DNA of 63,915 bases, counting the filler, from Octopus bimaculoides (lineage: Eukaryota): the NCBI RefSeq assembly GCF_001194135.2. It is 7 parts of 7 records of this genome, joined end to end, with 100 filler letters (N's around TTAATTAATTAA, not from the genome) between each part and the next. Parts side by side here need not be neighbours in the genome. Positions count along the whole stretch, not along the records: positions 1 to 4,462 come from NC_068998.1; positions 4,563 to 11,967 come from NW_026404006.1; positions 12,068 to 38,849 come from NC_069006.1; 4 more parts are not named here. One strand, given 5' to 3'. Below the pieces are notes generated by a model. The model saw only the letters and a program-made list of their open reading frames with translations. It did not search any database and had not been told where the DNA came from. Numbering within the stretch: the stretch's first letter is position 1; each line of letters starts with the position of its first letter. Below, piece by piece: positions 1 through 13,512 of the stretch. A program made the translations under genes and the position numbers.

Positions 1-125
1 GGGGGGGTTCAGATTTCCTTGGTTTTACTTATTTTTTTCAATAGATTTCATGATATTCGCTTGAAGCAAATTTCGAATGAGGGAGAGACTTAATAAATGA
101 GATGAAATGTTGATGAAGTGTGCTT

Positions 126-179
<54 letters not shown>

Positions 180-639
180 CGAAGAGGGAGAAAGAGGGAA
201 GGCGATCGAGAATGAGGAGAAGCAAAATTAAATTACAGGGGATAAATAAAATAGACAGTCAGCGGTAATAACGAACACGAAGACACACAAACAAACGCAG
301 ACATGTAAATGCTGCACATACATACACAGACACTGAAGCATATACAAACACATGCATTTATGCACACATACACAAATGAACAAACGTACGCACGCATGCG
401 CATAATTGCAGTGACTCGCGAATGCATACACACATGTATACACACCAGACACATATACACCAGACATACACGCACACATATATACACACATATATGCACA
501 CACAGCCAACTAATTACCGTTTAGTTAATTCCTCCTATAACTACTTTATCTTACCAACAACGTGTATAATTCAGAATTGAGATAGTGTTATTTTCATTGG
601 TTTGTGAATCCTTGACACTATTTTCTTAATTATTATTAT

Positions 640-935
640 TATATTTTTTTATTTTATGCGCCTTTTTCAAGCCTAGCCAGGCTCATGGGCCCGGTTTCGC
701 GGTTTCTATGGCGTATGTGCTCCCCCCCCCAGCTGGACGGGACGCCAGTCCATCGCAGCGTTACTCAAGAAACAGTAAGAGTACCACAGGGGTCACCACC
801 ACCCCTTGCCGGAGCCTCGTGGAGCTTTAGGTGTTTTCGCTCAATAAACACACACAGCGCCCGGTCTGGGAATCGAAACCCCGATCCTCCGACCGCGAGT
901 CCGCTGCCGTAACCACTGGGCCATTGCGCATCCAC
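640..935 (-). mobile_element. tRNA-derived SINE (family A), near full length
   Basis: Minus strand reads GTGGATGCGCAATGGCCCAGTGGTTACGGCAGCGGACTCGCGGTCGGAGGATCGGGGTTTCGATTCCC (Pol III A box TGGCCCAGTGG, B box GTTTCGATTCC), then a body, then an A/AAT-rich tail near 625-660. The same head recurs at 21155 and 49300-49387. Confidence 0.85.
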
Positions 936-982
936 ATGTTCTCAAATTCCGAATCCATAATGTTAATGCTTTCACTTTGGAC

Positions 983-2030
983 ACCATAACGCTATTTTCT
1001 TTCCCTTGGAGGGCCATAATTTCATTTTCTTCTTTTTAAGAGACAATAACGTTATTTTCCTTGACTCGCGAAGCCATAACGTTATTTTCCTTGACTCGCG
1101 AAGCCATAACGGTATTTTCCTTGACTCGCGAAACCATAACGTTATCTCTCTTGACTCGCGAAACCATAACGTTATTTTCCTTGACTTGCGAAACCATAAC
1201 GTTATTTCTTTGACTCGCGCAATCATAACGTTATTTTCTTTGGCTCTCGAAACCATAACGTTATTTTCCCTGACTCGCCAAATCATTACGTTATTTTCCT
1301 TGAGTTACACAAGCATAATGTAACTCACCTTGATTTGCGAGGCCACAAACTCTATTTACCTTGTATTGTAAGACCATAAAACTATTTCCTTTTCTTGCGA
1401 GAGTATAACGTTATTTTCCTTTTCTTTCAAGAACATAACGTCACTTTCTTAAACGCTATTTTCTTTTACTTGCGAGATTGTAAGGTAATTCTTTTTTAAC
1501 TCGCGGGACCCAAACGTAACTTTCCTTAATTTGTGAAGCCATAATACTATTTTCCCTGACTTACGAGAACATAACATTATTTTCCTTGTCTTGCGAGAGC
1601 ATACCTGTTATTTTCCTTGACTTTCGAGAACATACCGTTTATTTCCTTTGCGCCATTTACCTTCACTTGCGATACGGTAAGATTATTTTCCCTGACTCGT
1701 TGGACAAAAATGTTTTTTTCCTTAACGCTATTTTCCTTGACTTGCGAGCGCATATCATTATTTGCCTTAACGCTATTTTCTATCGCTTGCGAGACTCTAA
1801 CGCAATCCTACTTGACTCGCGTAACCCAAACGTTACTTTTCTCAACTTGTGAAGCCAGAACGCTATTTTCTTTGACTTGCGAAACGGTAACGTTTATTAT
1901 CCTTGAATTGCAACACCATAACGTTATTTCATTTTACCCCCAGTTCATTTACTTTCTTATTTTCGATTACTGTTACTATAACTTTATTTGCGAGAAAATA
2001 ACATTATTTACGTGTTCTGAGATAATTCAG
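983..2030. repeat. 30-bp minisatellite, consensus CCATAACGTTATTTTCCTTGACTCGCGAAA
   Basis: GTTATTTTCC-like motif at 1051, 1081, 1111, 1141, 1171, 1201, 1230, 1260, 1290; units degenerate progressively out to about 2030. Confidence 0.95.
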
Positions 2031-2257
2031 TTATTTTACTCTGCTTATGAGACCAATGGTAAAACAAAGAAAAATTAAAATGTTAGTCAAAAATAGAGAC
2101 AACACAGTAGACTATAAAAGCTCGAATCAAGTAGGCATTAAATATATATATATATATAAAAACATAAATTATAAACAAAACAGTCTTGGAGAAATTTTCA
2201 TCATTTTTTTTCTTAGATATAAAGTGATACTAGCCAGTAAAAGACAACGATGCTACC

Positions 2258-2417
2258 ATCTCTCTCTCTCTCACTATCTCTCTCTCTCACTATCTCTCTC
2301 TCTCACTATCTATCTATCTATCTGTCGGTCTGTCTGTTTGTCTGTCTGTCTATCTCCATTTCTCTCACCCATTCTGTCTCTTTTTCTCTCACTCTCTCTC
2401 TCTCACTCTCTCTCTCA

Positions 2418-2468
<51 letters not shown>

Positions 2469-2645
2469 CCTCCTTCTCTCGTTCGCTAGCTTTCTCTGTC
2501 TCTCTCTACGTTTCTCTCTGTGTTTCTCTCTGTTTGTCCATCTCTATGTCTCTCACCCTCTGTGTGTGTTTATCTCTCTCTCCCTGTCTTTGTCCATCTA
2601 TCTCCCCCTCTATCTCTCTCTCTCCCTCTCTAACACACTCACACA
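2258..2645. repeat. Compound (CT)n/(CTAT)n/(CTGT)n microsatellite
   Basis: Direct inspection. Confidence 0.95.
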
Positions 2646-3063
2646 CATATGTAGAGAAAATGTTCCATTTTTTTTTTTTTGTCTTTCAACCAGCAAACAG
2701 CGTTTATAGTTCATTTCTTATATTTATATTTATATGCTTGAATCATTTCTGTAAATATTTTTGTATTTGTTAAATTGTTTTCTTTTATTCATTCCAATAT
2801 TTATTTATTCTATTTTTTATTTAGGCCATTATTTATTTATTTGTTAAATCGAGTTTCAAGGATTTTCGTTTGTTTCGTTTTGTTTGTTTGTTTTTTTTTT
2901 CCTTTCGTCTCCCACCAAAACATAATACCAAAATAAAATGTCTGTTCAAAGAACGAGTGTCTATACAAGATAACAAGTTGCTTGATGAAGAAGGCAAAAA
3001 ATGAATTGTCCTCGCAGTAACGATGTCTTTCTTTTATGTTTGACCTTCAGTTCGTCTTGGTTT

Positions 3064-3964
3064 ATTTCTTCTTCTTCTTCTTCTTCTTCTTCTTCTTCTT
3101 CTTCTTCTTCTTCTTCTTCTTCTTCTGCTTCTTCTTCTTCTTCTTCTTCTTCTTCTTCTTCTTCTTCTTCTTCTTCATCATCATCATCATCATCATCATC
3201 ATCGTCATCATCATTGTCGTCGCCGTTTCTTCTTCTTCTTCTTCTTCTTCTTCTTCTTCTTCTTCTTCTTCTGCTTATTTTCCTTCTTCTTCTTCTTCTT
3301 CTTCTTCTTCTTCTTCATCATCATCATCATCATCATCATCATCTTCTCNNNNNNNNNNNNNNNNNNNNNNNNNNNNNNNNNNNNNNNNNNNNNNNNNNNN
3401 NNNNNNNNNNNNNNNNNNNNNNNNNNNNNNNNNNNNNNNNNNNNNNNNNNNNNNNNNNNNNNNNNNNNNNNNNNNNNNNNNNNNNNNNNNNNNNNNNNNN
3501 NNNNNNNNNNNNNNNNNNNNNNNNNNNNNNNNNNNNNNNNNNNNNNNNNNNNNNNNNNNNNNNNNNNNNNNNNNNNNNNNNNNNNNNNNNNNNNNNNNNN
3601 NNNNNNNNNNNNNNNNNNNNNNNNNNNNNNNNNNNNNNNNNNNNNNNNNNNNNNNNNNCTTCTTCATCTTTTTCTTCTTCTTCTTCTTCTTCTTCTTCTT
3701 CTTCTTCTGCTTATTTTCCTTCTTCTTCTTCTTCTTCTTCTTCTTCATCATCATCATCATCATCATCATCGTCATCATCATTGTCGTCGCCGTTTCTTCT
3801 TCTTCTTCTTCTTCTTCTTCTTCTTCTTCTTCTTCTTCTGCTTATTTTCCTTCTTCTTCTTCTTCTTCTTCTTCTTCTTCTTCATCATCATCATCATCAT
3901 CATCATCATCTTCTCGTTCTTCATTGTCTTCCTCATCGTCACCATCATAATCGTTGTCGTCGTC

Positions 3965-4005
<41 letters not shown>

Positions 4006-4100
4006 GTTGTTGTTATTATTATTATTACACTTCTTGTACTTCTTCCTCTTCTTATTCCTCCTCCTTCTCCTCCTCCTCCTCTTCCTCATCATCATCATCA
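3064..4100. repeat. Compound triplet microsatellite (TTC)n/(ATC)n/(ATT)n spanning an N gap
   Basis: Direct inspection; explains the poly-S/L/H/F/K ORFs at 3001-4116. Confidence 0.95.
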
Positions 4101-4194
4101 TGAAATGATCAATTAATTAATTAATTAATTTTATATTTCTCATTTATTTTGTAGATCACAGTATCCAGTGGCGCAAGCCATTGCATACTGTGAC

Positions 4195-4317
4195 GTACAG
4201 TATCTTTTGCAACCAAATGGATTTGAGTTCAGTCCCACTACGTGGTAGATTGGGAAAGTGGGCCGGCCAATACTTAGCATGTGAATTTGGTAGGTAAAGG
4301 CTGTTTGGAATCCCGTC

Positions 4318-4351
<34 letters not shown>

Positions 4352-4462
4352 TCTCTCTCTTTACTCTTTTACTTGTTTCAGTCATTTGACTGCGGCCATG
4401 TTGGAGCACCGCCTTTAGTCGAGCAAATCGACCTCAGGACTTATTTTTTGTAAGCCTAGTAC
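4195..4462. mobile_element. SINE family B fragments (degenerate head on +, 3' tail on -)
   Basis: GAGTTCAGTCCCACTACGTGG head motif; TTACTTGTTTCAGTCATTTGACTGCGGCCATGTTGGAGCACCGCCTTTAGTCGAGCAAATCGACC is the reverse complement of the tail at 51930-52010. Confidence 0.75.
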
Positions 4463-4562
4463 NNNNNNNNNNNNNNNNNNNNNNNNNNNNNNNNNNNNNN
4501 NNNNNNTTAATTAATTAANNNNNNNNNNNNNNNNNNNNNNNNNNNNNNNNNNNNNNNNNNNN
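4463..4562. other. Artificial scaffold linker (44 N + TTAATTAATTAA + 44 N)
   Basis: Exactly 100 bp; the same layout recurs five more times. Confidence 0.95.
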
Positions 4563-6527
4563 GTTGGAAGCGGCGTTCCAGGCGGTGGATCGCTTTTGGA
4601 AACGAATGTCTACGTAAACAAGAATTAATAGCCGCGTCTGTCTGTATGTCGCCGACCCGTTTGTCTGCCTGGCGTTCTCGTCCGCCTATACATAAATACA
4701 TACATACACGTATGCGTACATACATATATATGTTTGTGTATTACACGTACATATATATATATATATATATATTATACGTATACAAATTATGTTTATTTTG
4801 AAATATACATGCATGCATAAGTACATATAATCACACACACACACATGTGTGTGTATATAAGTAGTTAATTAAAGCTTGAGTATACAGCTGGTATTATGCT
4901 GATTAAAGCCTGTTCACTGTCTATGGCTACCTGATGTCATCCGCGGTATTGACATAAATGGCGCTGGATCTAACTTGGAAATTCCTCACTGACTGTTGCG
5001 TGTATAACAAAAGTGGATTTCACGTGATGCTTATTAATCACTACGATCGTTTCGACTCATTGTGTGCAATAGTCCCTCGCTATTGAGTAGAAAGCATTTG
5101 CTCAAGGTGCCACCCAGTGAGACTGAACTTGGAACCATGTGGTTGGGAAGCAAGCTACGTACCGTATGTGTATATATATATATATATAACGGTCACTGAC
5201 CATGTAACATCTCTGCTCGTAAGTTACCTCATCATTTCGTTTTTGTCTTGCTGTTATATGTTTTATTATGAACTCCCTGAAGAGAAATATATGAGGAACC
5301 CCAACAGGTCTTTCTTCTTTGTGAAAGAGCTCTCATTTATTTTGAAACATGTGTAGGAATTAAGGGAAATTTTATTGACATGCGTTTTGCTCCATTTATT
5401 ATTATTATCCATATATATNNNNNNNNNNNNNNNNNNNNNNNNNNNNNNNNNNNNNNNNNNNNNNNNNNNNNNNNNNNNNNNNNNNNNNNNNNNNNNNNNN
5501 NNNNNNNNNNNNNNNNNNNNNNNNNNNNNNNNNNNNNNNNNNNNNNNNNNNNNNNNNNNNNNNNNNNNNNNNNNNNNNNNNNNNNNNNNNNNNNNNNNNN
5601 NNNNNNNNNNNNNNNNNNNNNNNNNNNNNNNNNNNNNNNNNNNNNNNNNNNNNNNNNNNNNNNNNNNNNNNNNNNNNNNNNNNNNNNNNNNNNNNNNNNN
5701 NNNNNNNNNNNNNNNNNNNNNNNNNNNNNNNNNNNNNNNNNNNNNNNNNNNNNNNNNNNNNNNNNNNNNNNNNNNNNNNNNNNNNNNNNNNNNNNNNNNN
5801 NNNNNNNNNNNNNNNNNNNNNNNNNNNNNNNNNNNNNNNNNNNNNNNNNNNNNNNNNNNNNNNNNNNNNNNNNNNNNNNNNNNNNNNNNNNNNNNNNNNN
5901 NNNNNNNNNNNNNNNNNNNNNNNNNNNNNNNNNNNNNNNNNNNNNNNNNNNNNNNNNNNNNNNNNNNNNNNNNNNNNNNNNNNNNNNNNNNNNNNNNNNN
6001 NNNNNNNNNNNNNNNNNNNNNNNNNNNNNNATATATATATATATATATAACTTCACACGAACATACGGACGAAACATTTGTGCGCTAAGACGTCCCAGTG
6101 GTATTAGCTTGTTCGGTATTGTCGCTTTTTTATATTTTTTTTATTACTCTGCCGGACGTTATAACCTTAAGCAACAATCCTCCGTTTGGGATCGGCCGTT
6201 GTTCGATAATGACCATATATGGAAGTGTCATCATCGGTACCTTCTACCCCACCCCTAAACCTTCACCGCCCACACCACACCCTCCACTCTACTATACAAC
6301 CCCCACCCCTTGAGACACGCTCGATCTGTCGGTTTATCGATCGATCAGGAAAAAAAAAGGGAAATTTTATGAAATGTCAATTGGTATATGTGTGTTTATG
6401 TGCGCGTGTTTATGTGTATGGACGCATGCGCACGCGTGTATATATGTTTTGTTCAACATAAGTATATTACGTATGCAGTATATAGATAGCATCGTATATA
6501 CACAAAAGACATATATGTTTTTTCATG

Positions 6528-6619
<92 letters not shown>

Positions 6620-7058
6620 TAGAGAGAAAGAGAGAGAGAGAGATAGAGAGAAAGAGATAGAGAGANNNNNNNNNNNNNNNNNNNNNNNNNNNNNNNNNNN
6701 NNNNNNNNNNNNNNNNNNNNNNNNNNNNNNNNNNNNNNNNNNNNNNNNNNNNNNNNNNNNNNNNNNNNNNNNNNNNNNNNNNNNNNNNNNNNNNNNNNNN
6801 NNNNNNNNNNNNNNNNNNNNNNNNNNNNNNNNNNNNNNNNNNNNNNNNNNNNNNNNNNNNNNNNNNNNNNNNNNNNNNNNNNNNNNNNNATATACTTTCA
6901 TATATCTATATTTATCGATGTATAAATAAATATATATGTAAGTACATACACACACATATAGACATGTGTGTATGTATCATATATATATATATATATGTAT
7001 ATATATATTTGCATATATATATATATCTTTATATGGAGGTATACATACATAAATATGT

Positions 7059-7110
<52 letters not shown>

Positions 7111-7271
7111 CATACTATTTGTTAATGAATATTGATTTTACTCCATGTTATACATACAGGCACACACACACTCACACGCATACACACATTTATACATATA
7201 CTTTAAACATACATTTTCATAGATACAGAGAACCACACAGATAGAATACATTCATACATACATATATATAT

Positions 7272-7311
<40 letters not shown>

Positions 7312-7362
7312 CTTATATAGGCCAATATGACATTCGTGCACAGATGTATGTGTGTGCATGTA

Positions 7363-7401
<39 letters not shown>

Positions 7402-7665
7402 GTATGTATATATACAGGCATATGTGTATACACTCAATGACATATTAACATACATTCATAACTGGAAAGTATGTAGGAGCTGGAGAAGCAGCGATGAAAC
7501 GATGGAACAATGAGCTGGTGTCGTATGAAAGGTCACAGCAACAACGTGAGCAGTCAGAGAGATAAAACGGCAGGGAGATTGCGGTAGAGTCACATACACA
7601 CGCACGCACAAACGCACCTTGCGCGCCCACACATACACACATACAGACACACAGATGCATGAATT

Positions 7666-7733
<68 letters not shown>

Positions 7734-8254
7734 TAAAGACACACCGATATAGACAGACATAGAGGGGGAGGGAGAGAGAGAGAGAAAGAAATTTAGAGAG
7801 ATTGAGACAAAGAGAGAAAGAAATTGAGAGAGATTGATAGATAGATAGATGGATAGAGAGGGAGAGATAGAGTAATGGAGAGGGGAGAGAGAGAGAGAGA
7901 CAAGGAGAATGACCGAGATAAAGAGTGAGAGAGAGAATGGAAGAGAGAGAGAGAGGGAGAGAAAAAGAGAGAGACGCACAGACATTGAATAAAAAAGAGA
8001 TAAAACTATGAAGGAACAAATGTGTGTGTGCGTGAGTGCGTGGGGTGCTACTAGTCCATATGTCTTTCTGTGAGTGTGTGTATATGTATGTGCGCGCGCG
8101 CCTCTGTGTGTGTGTGTGTGTGTGCATGTATTTGTGTGGGTAGAAGAGTGTATATCACACACAAACGTGTGTGTGTGCGTAAATATATACGTACACATTA
8201 GTCTTCTAGATATAAAGTTATATATATATATATATAGATCGTATATACATATAT

Positions 8255-8300
<46 letters not shown>

Positions 8301-8330
8301 AATACATATATAGATCGTATATATACATAT

Positions 8331-8385
<55 letters not shown>

Positions 8386-8566
8386 GTATACATTATATAT
8401 ATTTGCATGTGTGTATGTATGAATAGTTCAGCTCTGATCAAGTAATCCTAAACTCAATTATTGCTGCGTTAAATCGAGCGACGTATTTGAGTGGTTTTTT
8501 AACTCTTTGACTGCGAAATGAAATTTCATGGTAATTCCCGAAGTGGTATTTATCATCCACCGCAAT

Positions 8567-9166
8567 ATAAGTGGTCTGATCAATAAGTAGCCGGACTGTT
8601 GCTATAGTAAAGAAGCCAAAGTATAAAGAAGAAATTTGATTGGTAGAGATTGACCCTGAACTCTGCTGTGTTCTAGCTATTTACAGCAGTGCTTGGAAGG
8701 AACGTGTGTAGTGTGTGATCGTCGCGTTGACCATGACAGAGAAAGTTGAGCAGAGAATCTGCATCAAATTTTGCCAAAAGTTTGGTGATACCTACTCAGA
8801 GACTGACGAATAGTTTTCAAAAAGTTTTCTCGGCAAAATGAAGATCTGCAACTGAAACCGGAGTGTTTTTTTGGTCGGCTAAAAGCAGTTTTGGCACAAA
8901 CATGGCAGATACGCGTCTCATACCAAAATCTTCAGTGATAATGGACTGATCTGAACCGTTACTAATCTGTACATCTTCTGATAACTCACAGATGGTGATT
9001 CAACGATTTCCCCTCACAGCTGCACATACATCTGCGATGTTTTTCTCAGGTCTGCTGGTTGCGCGTCTCCCAGAACGTTCGTCAATATCGACATTTATTC
9101 GGCCATCTTGTAAACGTTTGAACAACTCGTACACTTGTGTGGCTCATGCATTCCCCTCCATACACC
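8567..9166. mobile_element. Mariner (Tc1/mariner) remnant with internally inverted transposase segment
   Basis: TIR-like TATAAGTGGTCTGATCAATAAGTAGCCGGACTG at about 8567. Plus 8733-8810 encodes MTEKVEQRICIKFCQKFGDTYSETDE. Minus 9166-8809 encodes (with frameshifts and a stop) VYGGECMSHT/VYELFKRLQDGRINVDIDERSGR...FGMRRVSAMFVPKLL...NFLKTI, i.e. the HTH region and a WVPHEL-like motif. Confidence 0.9.
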
Positions 9167-9201
<35 letters not shown>

Positions 9202-9214
9202 AAGAGAGAGAGAT

Positions 9215-9247
<33 letters not shown>

Positions 9248-10195
9248 TTTAAGGTACATGTATATTTATACATGAATATATTTCTATTTGTATATATAAT
9301 TCTATCTGTCTTTTATTACCTATATATACACACCTATACATGTATGCATACTTTCATGTGTGTGTGTGTGAGTGTACACGATTGGCCAAAAGTCACCAGC
9401 AGTAAATCAAAATTCCATAAATACTTAATATTTAATTTTATTTATTCATTCCAATTATCAATGTTTGATAATTGAATGCTGTAAATTAAAACCACCGTTT
9501 CTTTTCAACATCTGTCTATTTATTAGCGAAGTCTCATATAAAATAATCTTTTGTTTTAATCTGGGAATTAAATGGTTTTGTTTATTGTGTATGTATGTAT
9601 GTATGTATGTATGTACGTACGTACACATGATCTCGCGCCAGTGGAATCCCGAATGAACAAATCTACGATCAAGTACATTCCAGATATGACTACCTCCACA
9701 CCCCGATGTACCATTACGGTATGTGTAATTCAGTCATGTTTTTAAGGAGGTGATCCTTTATATTCCTTCTCACCCTGCGGGAAATAGCATCTCAAAGGAC
9801 TGAAATTCCTCCCTAATATACATATCTTTCACTAAAATGTGTTTTTCTTTCGTTGTGAGTGGGCAATCCAGAATACATTTCGGATTACAGTGGTAGAGTT
9901 TAGGCATACGAGATACCCATAGTAGAAATACCACAGCTCATTCGGTCCGTTAACTTTAGGTTATTACATATTTATAGATAATAATAGACATCACTCAGTC
10001 GTTACGTAATCGGTTCCGGTACATACCTTCTATGCATTGCAGAAAAATACAACATAATTACGTAACGCATACGCTTGATCAATAAAATAAGTGATATGGT
10101 ATCTCTTTGTGTAAACATTTGATTAAATACATCTTAACGCAATGGACCACGTGGCGTGCTAACAGTGGAAGTGAGAGAAACATAATATACAGCAC

Positions 10196-10267
<72 letters not shown>

Positions 10268-10498
10268 TTGCTTATTTATAAGAATAACAGAAGCCGTGAC
10301 TTATGTAATGAACTCAATGCTAATTATAACGAAGTAGACATAATAAGGTTCTTCTAAAAATATAATCGGATATGCTAAATATATATTTGTTTCTCTCTCC
10401 TACGGGAATTTGGGAAGCATATATTAAATTTTTATTTAATAATACACACACACACACGCGCTCACACATACACGTATAAATGCAAAAAAACATGCACA

Positions 10499-10658
10499 GG
10501 CGCAGGCGTGGCTGTGTGGTAAGTAGCTTGCTTCCCAACCACATGGTTCCGGTTTCAGTCCCACTGCATGGCACCCTGGGTAAGTGTCTTTGACTGAAGC
10601 ATGCGGCCGAGCAAAGCATTGTGGGTGGATTTGATAGAGGGGGAACGGAAAGAAGACG

Positions 10659-10660
<2 letters not shown>
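10499..10660 (+). mobile_element. tRNA-derived SINE family B head/body
   Basis: GCAGGCGTGGCTGTGTGGTAAGTAGCTTGCTTCCCAACCACATGGTTCCGGTTTCAGTCCCACTGCATGGCACC; near-identical copies at 35543, 43835, 51600, 55308, 63650. Confidence 0.85.
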
Positions 10661-10702
<42 letters not shown>

Positions 10703-11967
10703 TACACGCACGCATACACGCATATACAGACACACAGATACACACACACATTATACATACATATATATATATGTAACAATGGTACGAGAGGGGGGAGAGA
10801 GGGAGAGGCAGAGAGAGGGCAGAGAAAGAAAGAGAGAAGGGAGAAAGAGAGAAAGGAGAGAGAGGGGGGAGAGAGAGAGAGGAGAGAAAAAAGAGAAGGG
10901 AGAGAGAGGAGAGGAAAGAGAGAGATAAGGAAGAGAGAGGAGAGAAAGACAGAAGGGAGAGAGAGTGGAGAGAAAAAGAGAGAAGGGAGAGAGGGAGAGA
11001 AAGAGAGACAGAGAACGACAAAAATTATTCTCTTAAATTGTCTTAGATTTTCCAAACTTATTTCATGTTTCAATCATTAGACTGCGGCCATGCTGGGGCG
11101 TCTTCTCAGTTTCTTTGTTTTTTTCGTTTTCTTTATCATTCCTTTTTTTCTTTTCTTACTCTTTGCTTTTTCCTTCCTATTCCTTCATTCTTTTGTTTTT
11201 CTTTTCTTCGGTTTCTTTTGCATGTTTTCCTTCCTTATTTCTTTCATGATTTTTCTCTCCGTCATTATCTGTTTGTTTGTTTGTTTTTCTTTCTTTCTTT
11301 CAGCCATTCTTTCTTCTTTCTTTCCTTCTTCCTTTTTTCTCTCTTTCTTTCCGTCTTTCTGTCATTGTTTCCTTCTGTCATTCTTCCTTTCTTTTTTTCC
11401 TTTTTTCTTTCTTTCGGTATTTTGCGCTTCATTCATTCATTCATTCATTCATTCTCTTTACACTTTTCTCGTTCACTTTCTTCTTCTTCCTCCTCCTCCT
11501 CCATCATTCCCTCATCCCCTCCCCCTTCCCACCCCCAGGCGCTCTGGTCCACATTTGAGCTTTTATTCAATTTCCTTTGCCCAAGTCTATTAATAGCTTG
11601 GACGTGACGGGAATAAAGATGGCGGTCGGATGGTAGTGGCTAAGTGGTGGTGGTCGTGTACGGGGGAGGGTGTTAGGCGAGACGGTGTGAAAGATGGCAG
11701 CAATACAATGGTAGGATGGTGGTAGTGGTGGTGGTGGTGGTTTGGTTGTTGTGGTGGTGACTGTGGTGGTTGTGGTGATGCTAGTCATAGCGATAGTGTT
11801 GGCAGTGGTGGTCATGGTTGTGGCGGTTGTGTGGTGATGGTGATGGTGGTGGTGGTGGTGGTAGTAGTGGCGATGGTGATGGTGTTTGTGGTGATTGCTG
11901 TTGTTGTTGTTGTGGTGGTGGTGATGGCTGTTGTGGTGGTGGTGGTGGATATGGTAATAGTGTTGGT

Positions 11968-12067
11968 NNNNNNNNNNNNNNNNNNNNNNNNNNNNNNNNN
12001 NNNNNNNNNNNTTAATTAATTAANNNNNNNNNNNNNNNNNNNNNNNNNNNNNNNNNNNNNNNNNNNN
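11968..12067. other. Artificial scaffold linker
   Basis: 44 N + TTAATTAATTAA (12012-12023) + 44 N. Confidence 0.95.
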
Positions 12068-12224
12068 AGAGAGGGCAAAAGAGAGGGAATGGTTCTGCCC
12101 AAGTGTCGAAACCACACTGATATCCTTAGGGCAGCTGAAGATGGAGGTATGTTGGATTGTTGGTATGGCTATTTTTGTATATGTGGAATAGTATTATAAC
12201 ACACCCTTTTGATATATGTGCGTG

Positions 12225-12435
12225 TGTATGTGTGTTTGTCATCCCCCCACCATCACTCAACAACCGAAGTTGGTATGTTTATGTCCCTGTAACTTAGCAG
12301 TTTGGCAAAAAAAAAAAGACCAATAGAATAAGTACTAGGCTTACATAGAATAAGTCCTGAGGTTGATTCGTTTGACTAAAGGCGGTGCTCCAGCATGGCC
12401 GCAGTCAAGTGACTGAAACAAGTAAAAGAATAAAT
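12225..12435 (+). mobile_element. SINE family B 3' half
   Basis: GTCCCTGTAACTTAGCAGTTTGGC...GGCGGTGCTCCAGCATGGCCGCAGTCAAGTGACTGAAACAAGTAAAAGA matches 51850-52000. Confidence 0.8.
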
Positions 12436-13102
12436 AAACATATACGTCTATATGCATTCTTATGGATGTATGTGTTTGTGTGTATATATGTTATACACGC
12501 ACACATATATATGTGTATATCCTGCTGTCAGTATATCGAGAGCTATACAGTGAGACATGCTTCAACCTAAATATTCTGCCTTCCATAGAAAGTTGGTTTC
12601 AAGGTCTGTTTATCAACCAACAGACAAAAACTGTGGCTTGATTAAAATTATAATAGGTGATCACAGCTGATGGGGGTGGCGGTGGGGGGAGCATATCTTA
12701 ATTGTCAGTGTTTGTGAGTGTGAGGCGGTGAGTGTGTGTGAGTACGTGTAAATATGAGTGTATGTATGTGTGCGTGTGTGCGTGTATGAAAGAGTGTATA
12801 TATGAATGTGCATGTGTGAGTATGTGTACATATGAGTGTATACAGATGAGTGTGAGTGCATGTGTGTGAGTATTACTCTACTCTTTTACTTGTTTCAGTC
12901 ATTTGACTGCAGCCGTGCTGGAGTTTTGACTTTAAGAGTCCCTTCTAGCATGAGGCATTTATGTATAGTAATGCCCTTAATATAAATAAATATATTTATG
13001 GGGAATAATTAATAAATGTTTCCCTTATGAGGTTTTTTCACGCTAACTACTTGATAAATTCTTATAAAGATTTTATCCTATTTTAAAATTATATATATAT
13101 AT

Positions 13103-13184
<82 letters not shown>

Positions 13185-13479
13185 AGATATAAACATCCAT
13201 TTATATCAACATACATACAGACTCAAACATACATGCCTATAGATGCACACACAGACACACACTTATACACATATCCATACCTACATGCATACATAAACAC
13301 ATACAAGTATACATTCACACACACACACACCTATACATACATACACTCCAAGTTCAAGCATCCCCTTCTTTTTATCCTGAAGGGTTTCACACAGACAGAT
13401 TGCATCAGGTTTATTATTAGCAAAACTTAGTAATAATAGTAGCAGCAGCAGTAGCAGTGGTGGTGACAGCAGCAGTAAC

Positions 13480-13512
<33 letters not shown>

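Noticed and set aside
983-1330. CRISPR-like appearance and 104/105-aa repeat proteins from the 30-bp array
   Set aside because: Units are contiguous with no unique spacers, there are no cas genes, and the context is eukaryotic. The ORFs arise because the period is a multiple of 3.
3176-3915. Duplicated compound microsatellite block (unique core at 3202-3228 and 3770-3796)
   Set aside because: The two copies flank an N gap; most likely unmerged overlapping contig ends.
4507-4518. TTAATTAATTAA palindrome as a biological motif (also at five other sites)
   Set aside because: Always centred in exactly 88 N; a synthetic linker with stops in all six frames.
8598-8611. GTTGCTATAGTAA resembling an RFX X-box
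   Set aside because: Imperfect, lies inside the mariner terminus, and is far from any ciliary-gene start.
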